From: a bacterium
GTDB lineage: Bacteria; Bacillota; Clostridia; Oscillospirales; CAG-272
Assembly: GCA_963627065.1 (NCBI GenBank)
Contig: CAVGAA010000002.1
Location: 45,346 to 109,345 of the forward strand
Length of the DNA stretch: 64,000 nucleotides
Direction: 5' to 3'
Positions within the stretch are counted from its first letter, which is position 1, and the number at the start of each line of letters is the position of its first letter. The notes beneath the pieces were generated by a model, which was not told the DNA's origin, ran no database searches, and worked only from the letters and a program-made list of their open reading frames with translations. Shown here piece by piece: positions 57,512 through 64,000 of this stretch. Position numbers and translations under genes: made by a program.

Positions 57512-57540
57512 TTGACAAATCCTCCGAAAAGGTGTATAAT
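57512..57540 (+). promoter_or_regulatory. sigma-A-type promoter for the riboswitch and surface-protein operon
   Basis: TTGACA (57512-57517), a 17-nt spacer, then TATAAT (57535-57540). This is an exact consensus. Confidence 0.6.
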
Positions 57541-57542
57541 AA

Positions 57543-57618
57543 CGGCGATAAGAGCAAGATAGTCGCAAGATTATTACGCAAAGCTATAGGGGCTTATTGA
57601 GCCAGCCAGTTGCCGAAT
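57543..57618 (+). promoter_or_regulatory. candidate c-di-GMP-I (GEMM-I) riboswitch aptamer
   Basis: AGCAA, then a GCAA-capped 7-bp hairpin (57558-57575), then ACGCAAAGC (57576-57584), then a second hairpin (57591-57603), then AGC-CAGUUGCCGAAU. The order and sequence of the blocks match my recollection of the Vc2 aptamer. This was not verified with a covariance model. Confidence 0.6.
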
Positions 57619-57655
57619 CACCGTTTTGTACGGTGGTTGGGCATTTTTCATTTTT
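57613..57655 (+). terminator. intrinsic terminator acting as the riboswitch expression platform
   Basis: CCGAAUCACCG (57613-57623) pairs with CGGUGGUUGGG (57631-57641), with one mismatch and one G.U. UUUUUCAUUUUU follows. The 5' arm overlaps the aptamer 3' box. Confidence 0.6.
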
Positions 57656-57684
57656 CAGGGAAAAATCGGAAAGGAGAGCGGAAT

Positions 57685-58506
57685 ATGACGGAACGGTCCA
57701 AGAAAAAAATGAAAATTGTGTCCTCACTCGTTATGTGCATTCTGAGTTTGTTTTCCGGAATCACGCTGTCGCTGTCTTGGTTTGCGAAAAATCGGGAAGT
57801 CACCGGCACGGGAATGCGGTTGTCAATCGACGGGAGCGGTCTTCTGCTCGGTTGGGAGTGCTATTCGGTTGTCACCGACACGGAAGGGGACAATTTTTAC
57901 TTTGAAAAAATCTCCAATGACGATGCCAAACTCGGGACATACAAACTGCTCGAAAACAAATACCAACTGCTCGTCAAACTCTGCTTTCAGATTGACATCG
58001 ACACCGTGACCGTAACGGCGAAGACCTCGACCGACTATTTTCAGGGGGACGGCGAAGACGAAAGGCATTTTCTGCTTGACGGGGACGGCAAATACAACGG
58101 CGAAACGAAAGATTACGTCAATTCACTCTGCGGTGTGGTGAGCCTTTCGACCTTGACGGGCGAGGTGAAAACCGACAGTGAGAATTATGACTGTTACATT
58201 GAAAACCTGCCGACCGATACGGCGGTTTTTGTGGACGATACGAAAAACACGGGTGCGAAAATTCTGCCCGAAATTACGATCGGTAGCAATATCGTAACGA
58301 TTGACGGTACAATCAAACTCAGTGACGGCACGGACGAAAAATGCAAAGTCGTGTATCTGTTGATGTCCTATGACAGAGATCTGATTGCAAAAGTCTTTTC
58401 GGCAAATCTCGGCAACCCGAATATCAGCGGTGTGGTCGGTACGGGTAGTGTTGTGCCGTCTGTTCCGTTCGATTGCGATTTCGGCATTTCCGTGAAAGAA
58501 GGTTAA
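57685..58506 (+). CDS. secreted or membrane-anchored hypothetical protein with a WFAKN N-terminal motif (273 aa)
   Basis: The RBS is AAGGAGAG. The N-terminus has a basic n-region, a hydrophobic core, then LSLSWFAKNREVTGTGMRLSIDG. This resembles the TasA/camelysin SipW-type signal-peptide pattern. I recognised no other family. Confidence 0.6.
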   Translation: MTERSKKKMKIVSSLVMCILSLFSGITLSLSWFAKNREVTGTGMRLSIDGSGLLLGWECYSVVTDTEGDNFYFEKISNDDAKLGTYKLLENKYQLLVKLCFQIDIDTVTVTAKTSTDYFQGDGEDERHFLLDGDGKYNGETKDYVNSLCGVVSLSTLTGEVKTDSENYDCYIENLPTDTAVFVDDTKNTGAKILPEITIGSNIVTIDGTIKLSDGTDEKCKVVYLLMSYDRDLIAKVFSANLGNPNISGVVGTGSVVPSVPFDCDFGISVKEG

Positions 58507-58509
58507 AGC

Positions 58510-61029
58510 ATGGGAGAAAACAGAGTGAAAAAAAGAATGGTCGCAACGCTGGCGATCCTGTTTGCCGTGCTTTCGGTGAGTGTCGGAACGCTGTGTTGGT
58601 TTGCAAATAATTCGGTTAATTTCCCGACCGATTTCGGCGGTTCTGCGGAAACGGCATATTTCGGCGGAGGGGACGGCTCTGCCGACAATCCGTATATCAT
58701 CAACAACAAAGTACACCTTTACAACCTTGCATGGTTGCAGTATCTCGGTTATTTCAATATGCGGAGCGACCTCAATGACGGAAAATCCCAGACCTATTTC
58801 AAATTGACCGCCGACATCGATATGGACGGACTGTCCATTCCGCCGATCGGTACGGAACAGTACCCCTTTGTCGGCAATTTTGACGGCAATCACCACACAA
58901 TCCGTTGTGTCAATATTTCCAATCGGGAGAACGATTTAACGATAAGACCAACCGATGCAAAATTTGATGGCACGGGCGATGATGCTCTTTTAACCACAAT
59001 CGAAACAGATGAGAGCAATCGGAGCGAGGTGAGCATTGTAGGGCTATTCGGCGTGGTCGGCGATTATAGCGACTATGTGAGCGGGGACGACGGTTATTCG
59101 GCAATCTATACCGATTTCGATGCAGGCAAAATCACCCTCCAAAACTTTTATGTCGATAAAATTCACGTCACGAGCGGTTCGGGTGCAACGCTGGTCGGAC
59201 TTACGGCAGGTTATGTGAGTGCAAACCTCTCGAACATCGGCATTTACCGCAGTGACATTACTTTAACGGCAGGCACGACGGAGGGATCGACTTTGGCAGA
59301 CGGAGCGATTTCCTATTACGCATTGGTCGGGAACAAGTCCGCAAAAACGAAAGCGACCGACTGGGGGAGCAGTGACGACGGAAACGACTGGGGCGGTTCA
59401 ATCGATATGCGAACCCTCGCAAGACGTGTCAACTATATGATGGCGACATCGGAAAATGCATATTACCAATATGTCCATATCGCAACATTCCGAAATGACA
59501 ATTACCATTTGTATGCAAGCTCCCAGCGTGTCAAAAATTATATTTTCGAATACGGTTACAATCCGAACGGTTCGCAATCATTAGGAACTGATGCAAACCT
59601 GCTCGGCGGAAGTTATAAAACAAGTTCTTCGACAACGGAAAGCCTCTATACGGTTTTGCCGATCAATGTCAACAAATCGGCAATGGGATTAGACAGCGAT
59701 GACGAAACGGAAACGGTATCAAGAACGGTTTATAAATATAACGGAAGTTTCAACACGGGTTTCGATGTCTTTTATCCCACATCGACAAAGACGAATGCGA
59801 CATTCAAATTAAATACGGAATATAAAAATGCCACATCCGAAACGGTATCGAATAATACGGGGTATATTGTCGGATTGGGAACGACAACGAAAACGAGTGC
59901 CGTGCAAGGTGCAATTCAAATCAATGTTCGTTTGCGGTCTTCCTCATCTTCCGTTAAAAACTCCTTTAACGGAACGAGTTACGGTGCGTCGACTTTTGCC
60001 CTGATAACCTACTGCGGAGTCGGGGATTCCGGTTTTTGCTTTATCAAAGACAGTTACAATACGACCGATTCCGGCTATACCGGACCTACGGGACTTGGTC
60101 AAGTAACATTGTCGGAGGCGACTTACCTCAACAAAGAGGCGGACGGAACATACCATTACGAAAAAGTGCGGAGTGATTCCAATTTCGAACGGTATATGGG
60201 AATCGGAGACGGCAACACGAATATTTACGGTTTGTCTTTCAATAGCCAGTACGGCTTTGGAATCAACAATGCCTCAACGGTTATTTCTTATGACGGTGAG
60301 AACGGAACGGAAAAATTGGTGACCGGTGCTATCAATTTCAATGTTCAAGATGCGGGAATCATTACTGCTATTGTCGGAACATATTACGGTTCAGATGTTG
60401 AACAAAATGCATTTACACTTTACAAAGTCGACAAAGAAGGTTTAACCGTCGGTTCTTCCGCATCGAGCGGAGGCTTGACAACCGTCAACCAAATCTATGA
60501 GTATAACGGCGAATATTATATCAACGAAAATCCGAATGACAGTGGAACATTACGGTATGACAGAACTTGGTATGCAAAAGGTAAGAAAAACGGAAATATT
60601 CCGTGTAACTATGCCTGCTATATCGAAATACCGGTTCCGGCAGGCGATTATGTCATCGGTTATGACGGAGTCGACACAACCTGCCGTAACGGCTATCTGA
60701 TGTACCTTGACATCGGTGCGAACGGATCGGGGAGCGGTTCGGGCAGTAGCACGTCCTATACCATTTCCGGCGTGCAATTCGTCAATACCGACACCGTCAC
60801 GAACGAAACCTACCCGACCTATACCGCAGTGACCTTCAAACTGACCGATGCGACCGGCGAAGTCAAAACGGTTCTTTTCGAACGCAAAGGCGAGGTGGAC
60901 GAACTCGACACGGCAGTCGCGTACCAAAGCACGGGCATCACGGCAACCCCGAACCCGACCGCCAAAGCCGAAGAAACAACCATACAAAAATCAACCCATA
61001 CCGATGACGAAACAGGCAACACCGGTTAA
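58510..61029 (+). CDS. large secreted hypothetical protein with a WFANN N-terminal motif (839 aa)
   Basis: Its N-terminus parallels the upstream gene (VGTLCWFANNS). DNPYIINNKVHLYNLAW...KLTADIDMDGLSIPPIG...PFVGNFDGNHHTI then resembles the beta-helical module common in Firmicute surface proteins. It is Thr/Ser/Gly/Asn-rich, has a GSGSGSGS linker, and has no LPXTG. Confidence 0.65.
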   Translation: MGENRVKKRMVATLAILFAVLSVSVGTLCWFANNSVNFPTDFGGSAETAYFGGGDGSADNPYIINNKVHLYNLAWLQYLGYFNMRSDLNDGKSQTYFKLTADIDMDGLSIPPIGTEQYPFVGNFDGNHHTIRCVNISNRENDLTIRPTDAKFDGTGDDALLTTIETDESNRSEVSIVGLFGVVGDYSDYVSGDDGYSAIYTDFDAGKITLQNFYVDKIHVTSGSGATLVGLTAGYVSANLSNIGIYRSDITLTAGTTEGSTLADGAISYYALVGNKSAKTKATDWGSSDDGNDWGGSIDMRTLARRVNYMMATSENAYYQYVHIATFRNDNYHLYASSQRVKNYIFEYGYNPNGSQSLGTDANLLGGSYKTSSSTTESLYTVLPINVNKSAMGLDSDDETETVSRTVYKYNGSFNTGFDVFYPTSTKTNATFKLNTEYKNATSETVSNNTGYIVGLGTTTKTSAVQGAIQINVRLRSSSSSVKNSFNGTSYGASTFALITYCGVGDSGFCFIKDSYNTTDSGYTGPTGLGQVTLSEATYLNKEADGTYHYEKVRSDSNFERYMGIGDGNTNIYGLSFNSQYGFGINNASTVISYDGENGTEKLVTGAINFNVQDAGIITAIVGTYYGSDVEQNAFTLYKVDKEGLTVGSSASSGGLTTVNQIYEYNGEYYINENPNDSGTLRYDRTWYAKGKKNGNIPCNYACYIEIPVPAGDYVIGYDGVDTTCRNGYLMYLDIGANGSGSGSGSSTSYTISGVQFVNTDTVTNETYPTYTAVTFKLTDATGEVKTVLFERKGEVDELDTAVAYQSTGITATPNPTAKAEETTIQKSTHTDDETGNTG

Positions 61030-61091
61030 ATTCCGACTCGAAAAAATTGACACTCGGAGAACTTTTTTTTCGCAAAAAATCGGAAAAACGC

Positions 61092-61120
61092 TTGACAAAT
61101 TTCGAAAAATATGTTATAAT
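61092..61120 (+). promoter_or_regulatory. promoter of the MATE leader
   Basis: TTGACA, 17 nt, TATAAT. This is an exact consensus. Confidence 0.55.
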
Positions 61121-61132
61121 CCATACATACGG

Positions 61133-61181
61133 CGTGTAGCATTTCTGCGTAAATCCAGTTGCAGATTGCTACACGTTTTTT
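61133..61181 (+). terminator. terminator-like hairpin 1 in the MATE leader
   Basis: CGTGTAGCA...TGCTACACG, with an inner CTGC/GCAG pairing, followed by TTTTTT. It starts about 6 nt after the predicted TSS. Confidence 0.55.
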
Positions 61182-61245
61182 ATGTTGCCGAGCGAATATC
61201 GGCGAAAAAACGGTCAATTCTATGGGCAATCGTGTGGCAGAAAAT

Positions 61246-61288
61246 GCGTAAATCCGGATTCGTTCGGAATTATGCGTTTTATTTTTAT
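61246..61288 (+). terminator. terminator-like hairpin 2 in the MATE leader
   Basis: GCGTAAATCCG / CGGAATTATGC (one mismatch, one G.U), followed by GTTTTATTTTTAT. It lies just upstream of the RBS. Confidence 0.45.
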
Positions 61289-61308
61289 GCTGTTTAGGAG
61301 GGTAAATT

Positions 61309-62715
61309 ATGGACAGCGAAAATCAGTTTTTAGGGACGGAGCGTATTGGCAAGCTGATGCGTAAGTATGCCGTTCCCTGTATCATCTCGTTGCTGGTCGG
61401 TGCACTTTACAACATTGTTGACCAGATTTTTATCGCAAATGCAAGTTATCTCGGCTCTTTCGGAAATGCCGCAAATACCGCCGTTTTTCCCGTGACGGTG
61501 GTGGCTCTCGGAATTGCGGTGTTTATCGGCGACGGCTGTTGTGCATTCGTAAGTATTGCACTTGGAAGGAACGCCCGTGAGGACGCCCACAAATCGGTTG
61601 GAAATGCCGTTGTTCTATGCGTGGCAAGCAGTATCGTGCTGACAGCAGTCTACCTGATTTTCAGTGAACCGATTCTCAAACTTTTCGGCGGAACGGTCAA
61701 TGAGGAAACACACGTTTTTGCCAAAGAATATTTCTTTTATATCACGCTCGGCATTCCGTTCTATATGTTCGGGCAGGCGATGAACCCCATTATCCGCAGT
61801 GACGGAAGTCCGAAATTCGCTATGGTAGCCACCGTCTCCGGTGCTGTTGCGAATATCATTCTGGATCCGCTCTTTATTTACGGATTTCATTGGGGTATGA
61901 TGGGAGCGGCAGTTGCAACTGTTGCGGGGCAGGTACTCACGGCGGTTCTGTCGGCTTGGTATCTTGTACACATGAAAGTTGTAAAACTGAAAAAGGAAAG
62001 TTTCAAGCCGAATCTGAAACTGATCCCGAGATTTTTAGTTTTGGGGCTTACCAGTTTTTTGGCACAAATCTCGCTTGTCATCTCTATGGCGGCAGTGCAG
62101 AATATGTGCATGAAATACGGTGCAAAAGATTCCGTATTCGGACAGCCTGAGTATGCCCAGATTCCGCTTGCCGTGCTCGGTATCGTGATGAAATTCTTCC
62201 AGATTGCCATATCGATTGCAATCGGTCTAGCGGCAGGATGCATTCCGATTGCCGGATATAATATCGGAGCGAATAAAAAGGACCGTGCAAAGTCGCTGTT
62301 CACACGGTTGCTGTTGGTCGAGTTGATTGTCGGTGCGGTTGCACTGGTCATTGTGGAGGTATTTCCTTTGCAGATTGCAATGCTGTTCGGTGCGGCAAAC
62401 GAGAGCGAATATTATGCGGACTTTACGGTCAAGTGCTTCCGGATTTATCTGTGCCTGATGCCGGTTGCAACCATGAATAAAGGCACGTTTATTTACCTGC
62501 AGGCACTCGGAAAAGCATTTGCATCCACAGCGGTTTCCATGACGAGAGAAATCATTTTCGGCGTATCGCTCCCCATTGTTATGCCGTATTTTTGGGGACT
62601 TGACGGACTTTTGTGGTCATTCCCCGTGGCAGATATTCTGACATTCATCATCGCCGTGTTCTTCATCCGACAGACCTACCGTGAACTGTCCGATACGAAA
62701 AATAGTGAAAAGTGA
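61309..62715 (+). CDS. MATE-family efflux transporter
   Basis: Twelve-TM pattern. The N-terminus KLMRKYAVPCIISLLVGALYNIVDQIFIA is typical of MATE/NorM-like proteins. The RBS is TAGGAGGG. Confidence 0.9.
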   Translation: MDSENQFLGTERIGKLMRKYAVPCIISLLVGALYNIVDQIFIANASYLGSFGNAANTAVFPVTVVALGIAVFIGDGCCAFVSIALGRNAREDAHKSVGNAVVLCVASSIVLTAVYLIFSEPILKLFGGTVNEETHVFAKEYFFYITLGIPFYMFGQAMNPIIRSDGSPKFAMVATVSGAVANIILDPLFIYGFHWGMMGAAVATVAGQVLTAVLSAWYLVHMKVVKLKKESFKPNLKLIPRFLVLGLTSFLAQISLVISMAAVQNMCMKYGAKDSVFGQPEYAQIPLAVLGIVMKFFQIAISIAIGLAAGCIPIAGYNIGANKKDRAKSLFTRLLLVELIVGAVALVIVEVFPLQIAMLFGAANESEYYADFTVKCFRIYLCLMPVATMNKGTFIYLQALGKAFASTAVSMTREIIFGVSLPIVMPYFWGLDGLLWSFPVADILTFIIAVFFIRQTYRELSDTKNSEK

Positions 62716-62819
62716 AAATCCGAGAAGTTGAATAGGAAATTATACGCCGCATGGTTTGTGATATTTGCACAAATTGTGCGGTGCATTTTTGTGCAATAAG
62801 TAGAATTTTCAAAATAAGG

Positions 62820-62848
62820 TTGACAAAAACGAATTTTTGTGGTAAACT
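62820..62848 (+). promoter_or_regulatory. promoter of the secreted-repeat-protein gene (long leader)
   Basis: TTGACA, 17 nt, TAAACT, with a TGg extended -10. It lies about 300 nt upstream of the ATG at 63149. Confidence 0.5.
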
Positions 62849-63148
62849 ATTAACATTAAAGATTGAAAAGTGCATATAGTCGATTTGTGCGTGACTTGCG
62901 GTGTAGCAACAGTATCCCGATTTTATTCTTATTTAGTATAACTAAACGGTTAGTTATTAACTAAAAATTGGGAATAAAAAAGCCAAAAAAGGCAGGGGAG
63001 TGGTGATGCCGGTCGCCGTTCCGTCGATGAAAACAGTTTTCAATTATAAGGTCACCTCTGAAACACAAAACGAATAAAGTGAATGAACTTTTTTGTTTAA
63101 CATTGCACATTTGATTTTAGAGATGCCCAAAATAGGAGGTTTTTCAAA

Positions 63149-64000
63149 ATGAAAAAGATTTTCAGCATCGTCCTGATTCTCGCAATGCTTCTCACCCTCC
63201 CGATAGCCGTTTCGGCAGACACAACCGCCACCCCGACGGCAACAGACATAACACCTGTGAAGGGGGCATTCAAGAACGGCAGTCAATTTTATATGTATGA
63301 TTACAACTCTTTTGATTCTGCAACGGGCGATACCCTGTTTTCTTGCGACGGTGAATTCTTTACCGTCAAACCGTCCGCAATGAACAACAGTTACAATCGT
63401 TCTAATAGCGGTGCGGTTCTCCAATACCGCAAAGCCATGAAAGGCGCTTACGAACTTTCTTACCAATGGAAGCTCAACAAAACCAATAAAGACAGCCTTA
63501 TGACCTTCTTCTATTGGCAGGATTACGCAACGAGCGGAAATAATGCCGGTCGTTCCTATGAAACTTCGCAACGCGGTACGGGATTTACGCTCATGACATC
63601 TGTCGCCGATGGGAAGGTAAACTTCTCGGTTCTCAGTTATGATGCATCGTCAACCTATGCAAAGGTCACCGCAAGCACACCTGCACCGACAGACGACATT
63701 TTGACCGGAGCATCTGAAAATGCGGTACTCAATATCAAAATGAAATGGGCAGACAACAAACTCACGGTCAGTGCAACGCTCGCATCGGATGAAACCAAAA
63801 CCACGGGTGATGCGATTTTCGATGCATCCGCAAAAGCGAATGTTCTCGAAGCGGTTAAAGATCCGGCAGGCTTTGCATTTGTCCTGAATGCGGGAGCGGA
63901 TGCGGATGCTTGTTCCGCAGTCGGTCATATCTCCTACAAGGATTTGACCGCCGAAACGCCGACTGCCACCGATATTACACCGGTGAAGGGTGCATTCAAA
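63149..64000 (+). CDS. secreted repeat protein, 5' part (continues beyond the window; not in the ORF track because no stop is reached)
   Basis: AGGAGG sits 8 nt upstream of the ATG. The signal peptide is MKKIFSIVLILAMLLTLPIAVSA. The frame is open to base 64000. The segment TPTATDITPVKGAFK recurs 242 codons later. Confidence 0.6.
   Translation, partial: MKKIFSIVLILAMLLTLPIAVSADTTATPTATDITPVKGAFKNGSQFYMYDYNSFDSATGDTLFSCDGEFFTVKPSAMNNSYNRSNSGAVLQYRKAMKGAYELSYQWKLNKTNKDSLMTFFYWQDYATSGNNAGRSYETSQRGTGFTLMTSVADGKVNFSVLSYDASSTYAKVTASTPAPTDDILTGASENAVLNIKMKWADNKLTVSATLASDETKTTGDAIFDASAKANVLEAVKDPAGFAFVLNAGADADACSAVGHISYKDLTAETPTATDITPVKGAFK

Noticed and set aside
57543-57548. A six-base-pair closing helix CGGCGA/UUGCCG for the riboswitch aptamer.
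   Set aside because: It would start only 3 nt after the -10 hexamer, upstream of any likely TSS. It would also bury the C expected to contact the ligand. The closing helix is therefore left unresolved.
61182-61364. A 60-aa ORF in the MATE leader, considered as a gene or leader peptide.
   Set aside because: No Shine-Dalgarno sequence precedes the ATG. The frame runs into the MATE coding region, and the product looks random. I mention it only as a conceivable attenuation element.
62849-63005. A second c-di-GMP riboswitch in the long leader of the secreted-repeat-protein gene.
   Set aside because: No ACGCAAAGC or GUUxCCGA box and no GNRA-capped hairpin arrangement is present. Only an isolated GTGTAGCA octamer is shared with the MATE leader, and that could be chance.

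Overview
This 64-kb chromosomal window looks like a Clostridia-class Firmicute. Supporting signs are an IspH-S1 fusion, DUF1292, Mini-III RNase, a DHHW/MBOAT pair, a YesM/YesN-type two-component system, GGAGG ribosome-binding sites and many exact TTGACA-17-TATAAT promoters. I call about 55 protein-coding genes. I saw no rRNA or tRNA genes, no CRISPR array, and no transposase, integrase or phage gene.

Gene order, left to right:
- nrdD (3' end) and nrdG.
- A minus-strand sugar-acid operon: two xylose-isomerase-like TIM-barrel proteins, two Gfo/Idh/MocA oxidoreductases, uxaC, uxuA and an SDR. A divergent AraC regulator sits upstream.
- tig-clpP-clpX.
- A metallophosphoesterase.
- A long minus-strand housekeeping operon: ApgM-like proposed homoserine kinase, lepB, rbgA, rnhB, yraN, a dipeptidase and thrC.
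- A 14-kb plus-strand glycan-utilisation locus bracketed by a sensor kinase (5') and an AraC-type response regulator (3'). It holds LplB/LplC-type permeases, an RDD-like membrane protein, three lipoproteins (Ig-like/Big_2, solute-binding, beta-helix) and a MalK/MsmX-type ATPase with a large coiled-coil-like insertion.
- RpiR, a flavoprotein, cmk and ispH/S1.
- An AT-rich junction followed by a small accessory patch: a fragment-like ORF, a 41-aa peptide, a SASA-like lipoprotein lacking its nucleophile, an AraC regulator and a DUF1680/GH127-like gene.
- A GH2 beta-galactosidase.
- UPF0210/ACT, an aminotransferase, Lrp, a cyclophilin, mrnC and DUF1836.
- A DHHW/MBOAT O-acyltransferase pair.
- A two-gene surface-protein operon, a MATE exporter, and a secreted repeat protein that runs off the window.

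Most interesting items:
1. The leader at 57.54-57.66 kb matches the GEMM-I (c-di-GMP-I) riboswitch architecture block for block. It overlaps an intrinsic terminator. It gates two uncharacterised secreted proteins that share a WFA(K/N)N motif, which resembles a TasA/SipW-type signal peptide.
2. The ABC ATPase carries an insertion of about 155 aa between the Q-loop and the signature motif.
3. The two-oxidoreductase plus two-TIM-barrel cassette is fused to the hexuronate pathway.

All family calls come from reading motifs by eye. No database search was run.
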